A stretch of DNA of 64,000 bases from Octopus vulgaris (GCA_951406725.2 OX597823.1:45012001-45076000); one strand, 5' to 3'. Positions 1 through 14,283 are shown, numbered from the stretch's first letter. Notes: a model not told the origin generated them from the sequence alone. A program made the numbers and translations.

Positions 1-1999
1 TTGGCACTTCACCACCTTCATTAATTATAGAATGACTTCTATTAAAATAATAATGAAAAGAGATTTTGTGAAGAGGAAGAAACTGAAAATTGTGATGTGC
101 ATTCTTTTATCTCGAGAGAATTATCATTTCAAGAGATGCAATTCAAACTGGAAATCAAAAGAAAATCTTAGCTGAGTCACCTAAAGCTGAGTTATACTAC
201 AATTACAAAAACTCACTTACAAAAAGAAAAAAGAAAAATGGAAAGAGAAAGGAATAATATTGTGACTGGTGAAGGGAAATAAGATCCTTCTGGGCAGTAA
301 CACAAGAAGAAACAACCACCATCACCATGTCCTGTCGAGCAGCAGCACAAGAAAGAATAACAACATCTAGCAATGTCATAGGAATTCTTGGAATGGGTAA
401 GAGACATTTCTGTGATATTTATTTACAGGTTTGAGATGACTATGCTTCACTGATGTTGTTTGATTGCACTGAATCATGTTTGTCTCTATCACTATTCCTG
501 TCAACAAAAATCAGATTTTCTCTTAAGCATGAAAATTATTTTGTGAAATAAATTCTCAATTTCTTAAAATTATCTCCCTTCTTCTTTAACACTCACAATT
601 ACTTCTAGGATTTTGTTTATTTCTCCAACTAGGGGCCAGATTTCAATTCATTATGAATTGGTTAATAAGTCATTTTGTACATCACATTTTCCTGGTCATT
701 GTAAGAAGAACCACTCACAAGACCAAATAGCTGTTAGAATGCAGAAGACTTGTGAATGTGAAAGAGAGATTTAAACATACAGAGTGATGGTTGTCATGAC
801 CAAGTGTATAATATAAGATGGTTTTATTTCCTCATCTATCATGTCACACCACACACAATCAGTGATTTAATTGGCCATTGTCTCTTTGGCTTGAATGATG
901 CGCAACAGATCAAAGAGGATTGAGATAGGAAGAGTAAAAGTTAAAAAGAAATAATATGATAAAGAGTTAGTAATGTCACCATGCAGTGAAACTGTAAAAA
1001 ATGTGAGAAGTAAAGGGAAGGTGGTGAGTGAAAAGCAGTAAGAGAAATGAAACAGTGATGGATATGATAAAGGGGATAGTGAAAGGTGGAGTGAAATGGG
1101 AAGAGCAGCTAAGATAAGGCAAGAAAAAGTGAATAGGTGATAATTGTTACCAATTAAGATACTGGTGAGCTAATTAGCTCTATTTATCACTATGCCCCAT
1201 TTGCTAATGCCTGAAACAAAAATCAACACCACCAACAGCTACAATAATGCATTCTAACAATCTCTCTCTGTCCCTCACTATCTCTATTTATCTATCTTTC
1301 TATTTCCCCTCTCTCACTCTCTCCATATCTCCAAGATGGAAATATTGAGAAAATCATAAAATTTAATAGACTACATTTAATGCATCACTGAAGTAATAAG
1401 ATATTTTGACAGCATGCCCACTGCCAGACAACTGCAAACACACATGTACACAAACACACACACACACATTAGCAAATGTAACAGATACAACCAACTCCTA
1501 CACATGGACCAAAGGCTAAGCAAAATGTGTGCAACAATTTAAGAACAGCCAATGGAATAGCATCATGACCAGTCAAGAACATAATCTGTGATATGAGAAT
1601 GTAATTGATTCTGATATAAACATCAAATTTTAAATTTATATTTGTAATGAAGTGAAAACATGATGTTGTAACATTCATATCTTTTTGAAAAACATTAGTG
1701 ATGTCATAGCAATAGCTTTTAAGCAGAAATTGAAACTGAAAACTATAAGATGAATAGGATAGGAGCCATTTTTGACAGAGTAAAATACAGAAGTTGTCAT
1801 AGTTACTACTTATTTCTACAATTAGGGTTGATTACATATCTTCAAATTTCTCAGTCTATTAACTTCATTTTTATGAGTGTCTTTTTTTAAAACCTAAATA
1901 TGTACATGGTCTTAAAACCTTTACTTCTAAACAATCTAAACAAATGTGCCATCAATTCACAAACCTGAATTACATCTTATCTAAATTTTCTTAATCAGT

Positions 2000-3370
2000 T
2001 GTGCTAACACTCCTTCAGTTACTTTCATAACTTGCTTCATCAATTTGGTGCATTTGGCTCATCAGTTTCATGCTTCTTACTATCACTTCTCTATTGCTTT
2101 TGTAAAACTCAATGATGATACAGTTATGCCAGAAACTAGGGGTGATACTACTCTTTACTATCTAGTTGACTGTGAATGACTAACACGTGTCCTATTTTGC
2201 CAGATATTTTTGGTATATCAGCAACCATCTCTAATAATGCAGCAACTTTCATATCCTTGATTGCCCTATTGACTGTACAACTGCCAATTTGACTAGCTTG
2301 TCTTCTGTTGAGTCTAATTAAGGTGGCTCCACCACCCTCTCATACATCTTCATTCAAGAACCTCACGCAGAAGCATTTTCATGTCTGTTGAATATTAGAG
2401 ATGGCAAGTGCATTGCCGTCATTCCATGCACACTTTTCACAAGTGGAATCTTGATTTAGATTACCATGCTGCTTTGTAATTCAGAACACCCCACACCTCT
2501 CATCACAAAGCACTGGCAAACCTCTTTCTGCCAGCAACTCTCTGCAGTACATGTATTTAACAAGCTTCTCTTCTAGCTACCTAACATTGTTCTTTGCTTT
2601 CTCATGTTCTTCCATTTATTCCAGGCCTGTTGCTTAGATTTAATGACTATATTTACTGTAATAGTCTTATCACTGTCACATTCCACTTGGTTAATACTGG
2701 CAGTAGGTCATCTAACAAAATCACCCAGTTGTTTCCTCCTTTGTATCATAGGAGTCACCTACAGTTTCTTTGACCTCATGTATGGCCAAGGGATCTTTCA
2801 GCTTCTAAACCCGTCTTCTCCAGATTGTCTTGGCACTCAGAATCTGTCAACTCAAACCAGGATGTTGCTAATTACTAGTCTATTCTGAATCATACATTTT
2901 TGCTAAGACTAAATATTCACAACCAGCAGTCTTTCTCACTTTCTGATGAATATGAAGTCTATCTGGCTTATGTGTTCATCTGAATGGCAGATGAGCAAAT
3001 GGCTGATCAGTTTCCTGAAGTTAGCATTACAAGTGGTTAGGTCATTTGCATCACACAACTCAAGCCTTGGTCCCTTTTCAATCCTTGAACCATACACATA
3101 GCCTCCATGTACATCAGAGTGTTACTCAACAGATCTGTTAAAGTCACCAGTCATAATGTCAATGTAACTGTCATCTATTACCAAAACAATCTGCGAAAGA
3201 GCTATATAGAAATGGCTAATTTATTTGTTTATCAGTTACGTTGATGGGACATGTGCATGCAGATATCACTGTTGTTGCTGTGTTGCTTATAACTAGTCCA
3301 AGCTTAATGATTTTGTTATATACTTCATCTCTGCCAACAGTATGTGTATACCATCCACTGCAGTGCTGTT
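2000..3370 (-). mobile_element. Decayed RTE-clade LINE (APE endonuclease to start of RT)
   Basis: Minus-strand translation across stops/frameshifts gives IMTGDFN, VHGGYVYGSR, CDANDL..CNANFRK, SQIDFIFIRK, then RAIKDMK and P.FWHNCIII.FYK. Confidence 0.8.
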
Positions 3371-3654
3371 ACTGTCATCATCATCATTGTTTTAACAGTC
3401 ACTGTTCCAAGCTTGCATGGTTTAGACAGAATTTGTTGAGGCAAATTTCTATGGCTGGATACTCTTCCTGAAGCTAAACCATATCTGTTTCCAAGCTAAG
3501 TAGTATTTCCCCATGGCTAAGCATGCATTCATAGGAGATTGGAAATAAATAACACCAGTGACACTAATGTTATTGTGCAACATCAAGTCAAGGACACACA
3601 CACACACATGTGTGTATGTGTGTATATATATATATATACATCATACATATATGT

Positions 3655-3812
3655 ATAATGAGCTTCTTTCAGTTTCCATCTACCAAATCTACTTACAAGG
3701 CTTTGGTTAGTCCAGAACTAAAGAAGAATACACTTGCTCAAGGTACCACACAGAGAAACTGAACCCAAAACCATATGGTCTTGAAGTAAACTTCTTAAAC
3801 ACACAGCTACAC
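3655..3812 (-). mobile_element. SINE family A, 5' half
   Basis: ctttcagtttccatctaccaaat...aaggtaccac...acacagctac matches the family A head/body. Confidence 0.75.
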
Positions 3813-4731
3813 CAGCAGACATACACATGCACATTTCCAACCCATGCCAGCATGGAAAGCAGATGTTAAATGAGGATAATACATGTTTATGTAAGTTTGC
3901 ATTGTGTGTGCATATGTACATGATGGACTAAAGAAGGATTTATTAATTCTTCAGGCGAGTACTTATCACTGCTGTTTTTGTTTAACTCTAGGTTAAACTA
4001 ACTGAAGCAGACCTATACTAAATGAAGTTCCAGCCTTGATCAGCCATCTATTTTTTCAGACACAATGTATCACAAGGATTTCCATATCTAATGAAAGCAG
4101 TAGGCTGTGATTTCCTTGAGTGCCAACAGCTGTATTTCATAAGTATATAAAAGTTTAGAAGTGATAGCATGAGGTAATCAGTGTACTTGCTTGCTCTGTG
4201 ATTTAGAATATCTTAACAATTTACCTTGATGAAATTGGCACAATGAAGACACTACATATCAAATCTGGCTATTTCAAAAACTATATATCTGTCAGTGTGA
4301 CTGTCAAAACATGCATAACATTTGCAGAGTCAAACTAATTTACCCAAACCGTTTACAGTTCAGACGAAGACAGATATAAGTTGAGATTATTTTGCAAAGT
4401 GCAAATCTGTTACCAGATGTGCATTTTGATTTGTTGTATTTCTGTGCAGAACATCGCAGTCTACATTGCCTCAGTTTATTAAGCTACTGGGAGTAAGTTT
4501 CAAGATATCTGGAGTATGTTACATATGGTAGTCTACTGTCCCATCAACAGGAGAAAGTACATTTCTAGTTGATGACAAAACTGGAGAAGGGAACAAGCTT
4601 ATACATTATGTACAATGGGCATGCGATTTAAGTAGGGGATACTTTGGCTGGTATTTTTAGCATGTCAAGCGACCAGGTAGAGGCTCTTACATTGGTTTGA
4701 TTGTGTGATGAGATTTTTTTACACATATACG

Positions 4732-4784
<53 letters not shown>

Positions 4785-4906
4785 TCGGCAGAAGTTAGAG
4801 AGTAAGTCAAAAGCTGAGAGTTTCATGTATTGGCACTTATCAAACACGAATTTGGCCATTGTCACTCTAACTTCTGCCTATTATTGTGTGAGTGTGTATG
4901 TGTGTG

Positions 4907-4938
<32 letters not shown>

Positions 4939-7239
4939 TAGATAGATAGATAGATTGATAGATGGACACATTCTCATATGTGTTACTATAAAAACATCTT
5001 TGGTTATTAAAGAAGGGTTTTTTGTTAGGGGAGATTTTTAGTTTAAATTTTTCTGTTGTCGAAGACTCGTCATTTTGTCAATGGACCTGGAAACTGTTCA
5101 CAAACAGCAGCAGTAATTTTCTTCAGCTGAATACACGTCATTGATTAAAATTACCCAAATACAACAATTTTAACATGAAATAACTTCTAAGATCCCCAAC
5201 AAGAAAATACTTTTCACAATTGAACGCTATGTTCCCCTTGTCTTTAAATGCATTTTTGTATGAATGTACTCTTTTCCCTAGATTGTTTGTTTCTTTGTTT
5301 AGAAACTCACTAGCAGGGGAGTAATGTGGGGATCTAGCATGACCCTGCCTGAGATTTGAAACTAAATCCATGGGCTTGTTGCTTGCCAAAACGAGTCAGT
5401 GGGGCAAAGGTCTGTACACACAACATCAAACCCAGTACATGTAAACATATATACATTCACACTCATGTCTGTCACACATAATATATATGCAGAGGTATGC
5501 ATGTAACTGCATGTTTGTGTATTTCTATATGCATGTATATTTATATATGTGAACACATGAGTACAGACAGCCATGCCAAATGAAAGTAATATGTTGCTCA
5601 TAATATTAAAATTTTGCAGGTATAAATTTCCTTCCTCGTAACTTCTCAATGTGTTCCCACAAAAAAAACAATATTCCCTTTCAAGCTGTCTACTAAAGTG
5701 AAATTACCTCTCACTTCTACAATGAGAGAAAGAAAAGAAAAACCAACATTAGCTCTTTTAACATATATGTGTGAATGAGTTATTGCATCATTTAGTTCTT
5801 ATTTATTTATGCTTAATGATTGGAATATAATGAAGTTCGAAGGTAGCTGTACATTATGATTGCTCTCTTGTCCAATCTAAGTAAATATCACAAAAGAAAC
5901 ATTAAATTGATGAATCAGAAGGAAAAAGCAAATTATCATAGACGTAATAATAATTGTTTAATATTTTGCAAAGCAATAAGGATGTAATATTTTATGACAA
6001 TGAGAAGTGACAAGATCATGGTTAACACTATTAAATATTATACCAGCATTACTTTCACCACTCTTTATTGAATTTGGATATTGTTTTGTCATTAATGACT
6101 TCAATTTATCATATTTATAATCAGCCACCTTTGTAAGCCAATTAATACTTAATTGAATCTTGGATTGTTTATATTTATATACACCCTAGCAAACAGTATT
6201 AAGTCTTAAATAGCCTTGTCCATTTATATTGTACAATACATCAATAGGAACATTGTTACACATAAGCTTTCCATCAATTTTACAAGATATTATACAATTA
6301 TATTGTTAAGCAGAGTCATTTGCATGATTATACAAATAAGATTATATTACATAGGCCAGACTAATATACACATTAAAATACAATGGTGTTAGATATCATA
6401 ATAATTAAGATGTGATACTATTATGATTCTAAACTAACCAATAAGGTTTTTTCTTCCTAAGATATTAAAATCCTTGCTTTATGTTATTTGATACTGAAAT
6501 ATTAGTCTTTAGCCATTGGTCACTTGCATGCCAATATTTACACAATGAACACAACAGGACAAGTAAACTGTCATGGGAATGTTGTAATAGATTTGGTGTG
6601 CTGCCTGGAAGATAGTTTACAGTAGTGAACCATGAGCAAAACCAAATAGTCTTATTAAATGTATTACATTTACTTGAAATCATTTATTGCTTTTTCAGAA
6701 GAATAAAGTAACAAAAAAAAATCCTACTGTCACAAATTTTACTCCAATGAAAAATCTAGCCCATGGGTCACATAATCAGTCTTGATAAAGTGTGGCGAAA
6801 AACACTTTGAAAAGACTACAATGATTTAAGAATTTAAGAGAATAAATTTAACAGAAACAACTGAGATGTATGAGCTAGGCTTGCTAAAACTGCTTTCTTC
6901 TAAGAGGTCAACTAAAACAATAAACAAAGCTACTATTATAGAGGGGAAAAAAAAGAAGCCAGTATGGCAAGAATATGCTAAATAAATCAAATAAGAACAA
7001 AGGTCAAACATTTGAAAACATAGATTTGATAATCATCAACTTAGAGAAAAATCTTCTAACCCACATTTTCATAGAAGGAAAATTCTTTTATAAAAGATAA
7101 TCCAAATTTATGAGTATTCTCTACAGGTCTTCAATTAAAGTAATATTTTATATAGCTTTGAAGTAATAATTCCAGCAGGTTACTTTGGAGTGAGGGATAA
7201 GAAGAGCAAAACAGAATTTAAGCAGAGGCCACTATTTAA

Positions 7240-7460
7240 CCCTTTCGTTACCAACCCAGCCAAAACCGGCTCTGGCTCTGTAATACAAATGTCTTGTTTT
7301 CATAAGTTTTGAATTAAAATCTCCTACCAAACCTTAGTCACAATTTATGATCCTAACACTAGCTGAATGATAACTAAGTTATTTTACTAAATTCTTTGTT
7401 ATATTTAAAACAACTGAAAGAAACACAGAGCATCTCAAAATGAATACGGTAACGAAAGGG
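7240..7460. mobile_element. piggyBac-type MITE, family 1
   Basis: Perfect 13-bp TIRs CCCTTTCGTTACC/GGTAACGAAAGGG; TTAA on both sides (7236-7239, 7461-7464); second copy at 49876-50096. Confidence 0.92.
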
Positions 7461-8783
7461 TTAAGACAGGCAAACTAGAACTTATTGCTAATAATCCAAC
7501 AACTGAGCATATACAAAAAAACACCAATCATATTTTAAATCCCAAGATTTAAATACTAAATACAGTAGACACATCACAAAAAGAGTGATCTTTCAAAACT
7601 AATCCCATGTGGAAGAATAATACTCCAAATTTCATCAGATGGAACATCCATTACAAACACAAATAGTTCTTTTTATGTCAAACATTTGGAGGAATTTGGT
7701 AAAAATAATCCTTTTTTTTTTTCTATTATTAAGCTGATATTTAGAATATAATTGTCAGATAGGTTCTTAAACTGTTAACAGCAGGTTTTGTGTCAGAGAA
7801 CCCAACAGAGGTCTTATGTGTGTTGGTATCACAAAGCTTAACCAGAACAGGTTATTGGAATGATATATATACACTTCAATGTCAGCTTATGTGTTTATCG
7901 ATACAGATCACACAACAATATCAATAAAAGTTGAGCAGTAAATGAGCTGATACAAATGTTACAATGTTGTACCATAAACAGCATTAGATTATATGAATTA
8001 TCATGAGAATAGCACTTGACTTATTTCCTCACTGTTTCCAAGCAGGAAATTTGTCCTTTTGCTACTTCAAGCTGAGAGGTTGGTGTTTAAAGCACCAAGA
8101 AGAGTCCAAAGCATCCATATCCAACACTTCTTTTTTCTATAGAGGAAATTTCTCATCCAACAGAAGATCAAACAGAATCTTAAAAATGATTCCATGGCTT
8201 GTGAATCATATAAATGGCTAGAGAGTGCTCATTGCAGTTTATGTGTTGAAGATATTAGATATAGGAATTTTGATATTAATTGATACCAAATCATTTGCAG
8301 AAACTGTTCATTGTGTGAAAAGTAACTGCTCTCCTAGGATCTTCATTTACAGATAAGTTGTGTCAGAATTATCGTAAACAGATATGAAGGTATGCTAACA
8401 ATAAGTCATTTAACAAAGGGAAAAATAAGGTCTTTTATTAGGAGTTTACTACAATTGCAAGTAAATGTTAAAAGCATTACAGAGACTTGTGGGCAAAAGA
8501 AAAGAGAAATAATTGATCACAAACTTTCTACACAATGTTACTCACAAAACATGGGTTGACCTGTGGTTTTGGTACAAAAGATGTGTATATGGTGCTGCAT
8601 AATAGGATTGAACTCAGAATCATTTAATTGCAAAGCAATCGTTTTTAATATGACAAACCTGTATCCAAGTAGACTTAAACAGTACAGAAATCCTACAGCA
8701 AAGACAAATACAAACCTAAGACATTACCAGTCTACAATGCAGTATAACAAACTCTCTCTCTCTCTCTCTCTCTCACACATATA

Positions 8784-8830
<47 letters not shown>

Positions 8831-9379
8831 CTATCAATCAATCAATCATACGTACAAGAGAAGGTGATGGATAGCATTCCACTCAACAAGTGAATAAGTT
8901 TAATTAAATCTACAATAAGCTGATTGAATAAATGTTTCAACTTTTCATAAGTAGTATGTTAATGTTTAGCAAATTACATTCGCTTTTGATGTCTCTTTCT
9001 GGCAAATAAATTACAGTAAATGAAGATGAGATTTATAAATGTGTTTGTTTTTATTTTTCAGATATGTAAACTTTAAACAACGCAAGAAAGCATTGCCTAC
9101 ACTCTCTAGAAGACTACTTAAGTGAAACATTACTTGTAAAGCCAATTTTTTTTAACAATCTAGCTAAAGATCCAACACTTACAATATAATGATGATTTAC
9201 AAGGTATAGTGCAAATATGATGAATATAGCAAAGCATCTCCACAGGAATGATTATGCACATCCTTGGGATGACATTCTTGTACATAAGTCTTCATAGTCC
9301 AAGTTTGGATTTGCCCACTTTATTATACACTGTAAAAGTAGTGTTTGTAGATATGGAGGTAAGATTTTGGTATCCAAAG

Positions 9380-10330
9380 ACTGTTCTTGTCAATATGTGA
9401 TTAATAAAACCTGCTTTCAAAAGAACATCCACAAGTATCATCTTTTCCAATTATCCACATTATCAGGAAGATTTATAATGGAGTCTTTACATAAGACATA
9501 TTTCAGGTCAGCATGTTTAATCTTCTTTTCTTCAAACATGTTGAGGCTTTTATTAACAGAAAGCCTACAGTTATTTATATTCACTGTCAGCTCTTCCTGG
9601 TCACTCACATTTATTCCAAGATTTCTTTTAGGCTGTGATTAATACAAGTTATCTTTCTTTTTCTTTTTCCTTTTATTTTTTTAAGGCTTACTTTGCAGAA
9701 GTTTTCCAATTTTCAGTTCATCATAGAAAAGTTGTTTCAAAAGTCATTCACTGCTCATTCTCACAAAATGCCCTGTTCAGTATATCTGACTGCTGAGATA
9801 GATAGCCCTTTAAAGTGCTTGGTGGTAGAGACTGCCCCTAGATACTGAGTATGCACTTCAGATATTTCTGTTAAAATACCTCAAGTATCATGAGGTGTAA
9901 TGGTACAGTGTCTACATCATAAAACAAATACTTAAGGATAGTTAGAACATGGGTTCTAACTGACTTTAGCTCAAATGGTGATGCCATGATCTGACCACAC
10001 TAACTTTCCAAATGCCAAACAAGGATTTTGGATTCAAAAGGGAATTTCCTCATACAAAGATTCATCTTTTGGTAATATGCTTCAAGACATAAAGGAAGAT
10101 ATGTCTACAGCCTCTAATTTAGTGCTATTTGCTAAGATGTTTGGTTCAATGCAGGGTTCACTAGGCATAGGAGTAAACATTGTTTTTGTCTTCAAGCTTA
10201 TTGTGAGTTCATATGCAACACATGCATGTCATTTTCAGAATGAGCAACAAAAATCAACAATCTAATAATGCAGTTCATGAAGTTCCTGGTGTCAAAAATC
10301 TTACATCTTAATTTTAATCTCAGGTCATTC
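9380..10330 (-). mobile_element. Decayed RTE LINE, RT C-terminal half and 3' end
   Basis: Minus translation: ELTISLKTKTMFTPMPSEPCIEPNI, AFGKL.WSDHGIT, GHFVRM, LLKQLFYDELK.GK, and a terminal Cys/His region. Confidence 0.8.
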
Positions 10331-10334
10331 ATGA

Positions 10335-10520
10335 AAAGCATAAGATGCATAGGAAGTTCTTAGAAAGCTAAGTAGTCCTTCAAATTTTGAGAACATATTT
10401 AAGGAATTACATCATAAGACAAAGGCTTGAGTCAGTTTCAATATGCAGTTTTCTAATGAAATTATGATGGAAAATGGAGTTCAACAGAGTGATATCCCAG
10501 CTTTTATTCTCTTTTCAGCA
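10335..10520 (+). mobile_element. RTE RT fragment in opposite orientation to the adjacent LINE body
   Basis: Plus translation LRKLSSPSNFENIFKELHHKTKA*VSFNMQFSNEIMMENGVQQSDIPAFILFS resembles the RT motif NGVKQG..LAPTLFS. Confidence 0.75.
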
Positions 10521-10588
10521 AACAAGTTGAGGATAAATACCGAATGTAAATAATGTACATAATTCCTCATCTCTTAAATACAGAACTG
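10520..10588 (+). mobile_element. Isolated tail fragment of the hammerhead/tRNA element family
   Basis: aacaagttgaggataaata..gaatgtaaataatgtacataattcctcatctcttaaatacagaactg matches 61354-61400 and the reverse complement of 61050-61110. Confidence 0.8.
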
Positions 10589-11966
10589 AAAAATGTCTAT
10601 TAATAAAAAAGTATAAACCTTTTAAAGTTAAAATAAACATAAAGCAATGTTTTATGGTTTGTCTATTTACTTCTGTCATGTCTGTGTATATATATGTAAT
10701 CTATGATGTGCACAATCTAATCTATGATGTATATATATGTAATCTATGAAGTGCACAATATTTCAGCAATAGTATTAAGGCTACATATTTATGCCACATT
10801 AAATGTCGAATGGCTATGAAGCTCCACCAGAATATAATAGTAATAAAAGGGGACCATGGATAAAAAATGGTTGAGAATCCCTACTCTAGGGTCTCAGTTT
10901 TGATGGCTAAATGTTCTTCCTAGTGCCAGCTACTTTACAGAGCATATGAGGTACTTTTTTTCATGATACCAAAACTAGTGAAGTTGTCTTGTAACTTTTG
11001 AAAGATGAAAGAGCCACTCTATCTCCTACCCTCCTGAGAGACAGAACAGAAGATAGAATGGTTGCTTTATGTGAGATGTTGAGAGGTTAATGTATGATAG
11101 GTGGAGTAAAGACAGGTTCGCGTGGAGAAATTTTAAGGTACTTTGCATTTTGCATGGATGGCTGAAGTGATGTCACAAAAAGGGGGCAAATGTGAAGGTG
11201 GTGAGGTGTCAGAGCATACCATCAAGTTGATGTATTCAGCATGGAGACAAGTGAGTTAGAAGTGGGTAAAGTTGCACGAGTGTAAGAAATAGATCTAAGC
11301 ATGGGTTGAAAGTGGTCAGATGTGCATGGGAGGTGAATGTAGTGAGTGGTGGTGAAGGTGGAGTGACTGATGGAAGGACAGAGGTTCAGGTGAGAAGTGG
11401 GTGTCTGACACTACAGAAATAGCGATATGTAATGATGTATAGAAACGGGTCCTAATATCATTACTTACAGCAACACAATAAAACAGTAGACAGGAGGGTT
11501 ATGGAGGGATTTTCTGGAAGATGAGGTTAAAGATTGCAAGAGTTGGAGAGACAAGTAAAAGGTGGATGCAACAGAAGGAGATAGCAATGGTACACATGTT
11601 TCCACAACCTCAGTGTGAGCATGCACATTATACTTTTTGAACTTCAGTCCTACCCTACTAGCATAGCTTGGGGCAGGTTTTCTTAAGTACTACTCATCCA
11701 TTGCAATCCTCTTGCTCCATTAACATCTCCTTGTCATACATCACAATATATGTATGATGTGCATGTGTGAACACACACACACATTCACTGACATCTATAA
11801 AACTACAAATTTTGAATGACAAAATATTTTGAGTACTTTACCCCTTTTTTAAAAAGTCAAAAAAGTACACACAATTGGACATACCACTAAGAAGGCTTTC
11901 ACATGGTCACTCAACTTGCTACAACAAGCAGCTAAATATTCTTGAAATCACATTCTACTGTCTTAA

Positions 11967-12156
11967 CCCTTTAGCATTCAAACTGGCCATATCCGGCCGA
12001 AATATTCTACTTGTTTAATGCCCAAATTTGCCAGATATAACCTTTCATACCTGATGTGATTCTGAAAAATACCAATGTGATTCTGAAAAATAAATGATCA
12101 CATGATTGAAATTTTGAAGCTATGAGATAATGCATGGTTGATTCAAAACAATGTAA
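11967..12156. mobile_element. piggyBac-type MITE family 2, right end missing
   Basis: TTAA|CCCTTTAGCATT left end; body matches 29347-29566 and 34704-35306. Confidence 0.8.
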
Positions 12157-13377
12157 AGCTAAATATTCTTGAAATCACATTCTACTGTCTTAAAATAAAT
12201 AAGCTCAAATTGGGTAAATTCTGCTCAATCAGAACTGATCTAAAGCTAAACAACAACATGCCTATACCCAAATACCTACATACACAAACAGATAGATTTA
12301 TATATAAAATTAGGCTACAAATATCAAATGATCATTTTGACATATCCAACTATAAAACTGATACACTCACAAAAGACTAAATATATTCAGAAAACAATAC
12401 TAATTAAGTTCCATATATATTCAGCCCACAAACTTCACACACACAGAGTACAAGTGAACAGTTTACACTAAATGTAATTAAATGGTTTCATTTCCCCTTG
12501 CTCCATAAGAAAACAAAAAACTTTGTAGCCGAGACTTTATCTACAAAGTAAACCTTTTCCCCTCAATGAAATATTGGTACATAAAGAACAACAAAACTAA
12601 TGGAGAAAACAATCATGTCCACTACAACAAATATCACCATGACAACCACCACTGTCTAAACAGTAATCACTACTTGCATCGAAACTATGTCACAACACCC
12701 AACCACCAAAGCTCACCAGATTGCGTCAATACCAAAATCAATAAACATACAAGAAAGCATAAAAATTATTTCTCCAATTCAGAAAAGACGAATCAAATAC
12801 ACATAACAATATTGAGTTACCCAACACATACCCAGTTCCAATTACAGAGAACTCAAGAACAAACAGCTAAAGAAAGCTATAATATAGCCATTACTGAACA
12901 AGAAGCAACAAGTATATTTGCTAAGCAACATTGTTGCTGTCCAACCAGAAAGTATTTTCTTCTATTGGGCTACTCGGTGGTTAATCATTAATATATTACA
13001 TAATGATCAGCACACATATCCAACATAGGTACAATCAATACATGCATGGACACTAGCTGATGTATCCAATACTTATACACATCTGAGATGTATGCACATC
13101 AACAGATGGACACATAAATCTGAACTGTAGATGACACATCAACACAAGCCATACACACAAATCTGACACACTGACACACATACAGGTCTGACATGGTTTG
13201 GGCAAATGGACAACACATACATACGTACATACCTTGACAATATACATCAACACTTTTTCTTTTCCTCCTTCTTAGAAACAATAATATTGCACCTACTAAA
13301 GAAAAGGCCATGGAAGACCTCTCACAGTGTCCTGTTCACCAAAAATGGAGAGGGGTTGAACGTAGTGTGAAGATTCG

Positions 13378-13600
13378 CTTTACTCTTTCACTTGTTTCTA
13401 TCATTAGATTGCAGCCATGCTGGAGCACTGTCTTGAAGAATTTTAATTGAATGAATCGACTCCAGTACTTACCATTAATCCTGACGTATTCTATCACTCT
13501 CTTTTGCCAAACTGCTATGTTGCAGTAACATAAACATGCCAACATCAGTTATCAATCAGTAGTGGGGAACAAATACAGGCACAAACACACACATACATTC
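13378..13600 (-). mobile_element. SINE family A, 3' half
   Basis: Reverse-complement homology to 14085-14283. Confidence 0.75.
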
Positions 13601-13835
13601 ATATATATAGAAATGTGTGTGCGTGAATTTCTCCATTTTCTTCTTTTTTCTATTCATAAATAATTTAAATACCCATATCCATCAATGCAAAACTAACATA
13701 TTTAGTTTTTCACTGAACACTGGTAAAAACTGGAGAACTATGCGGCAAACATCCCTTAAAGCATTATAGGTCCTTGGTTTAATTAAATTTAGTTATAGAG
13801 TGTGCTTCTTTTTCTGGATTTATGTTTTTACATTC

Positions 13836-13989
13836 TGACTGTGTGGTAAGAAGCTTGCTTACCAACCACATGGTTCTGGGTTCATTCCCACTGCATGGCA
13901 CCTTGGGCAAGTGTCTTCTATTATAACCTCGGGCTGACCAAAGCTTTGTGAGTGGATTTGGTAGACGGAAACTGAAAGATCATTCTATA

Positions 13990-14072
<83 letters not shown>

Positions 14073-14283
14073 GTATATGTTTGTGTGTCTGTGTTTGTCC
14101 CCCCATCATTGCTTGACAATCGATGCTGGTGTGTTTACGTCCGTGTAACTTAGCAGTTCGGCAAAAAAGACTGATAGAGTAAGTACTAGGCTTACAAAGA
14201 ATAAGTCCTGGGGTCGATTTGCTCGACGAAAGGTGGTGCTCCAGCATGGCCACAGTCAAATGACTGAAACGAGTAAAAGAGAG
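13836..14283 (+). mobile_element. tRNA-derived SINE family A with internal (GT)n
   Basis: tRNA-like head (tgtgtggtaag...gggttcattcc), body ggcaccttgggcaagtgtc..gtgagtggatttggtagacggaaactg, internal microsatellite, tail gactgaaacgagtaaaaga; many copies in window. Confidence 0.88.

Noticed and set aside
5311-5411. Minus-strand ag...gtgagt bounded segment
   Set aside because: Weak polypyrimidine tract, stops in all frames, no other support.
7990-8400. Possible LINE RT relic (ANDLV on minus); likewise a possible GIY-YIG relic at 56400-56700 and a Tc1-like end at 59084
   Set aside because: Too decayed to support a call by eye.
12566-12991. 141-aa ORF
   Set aside because: A/C-rich low-complexity sequence with no recognisable domain.
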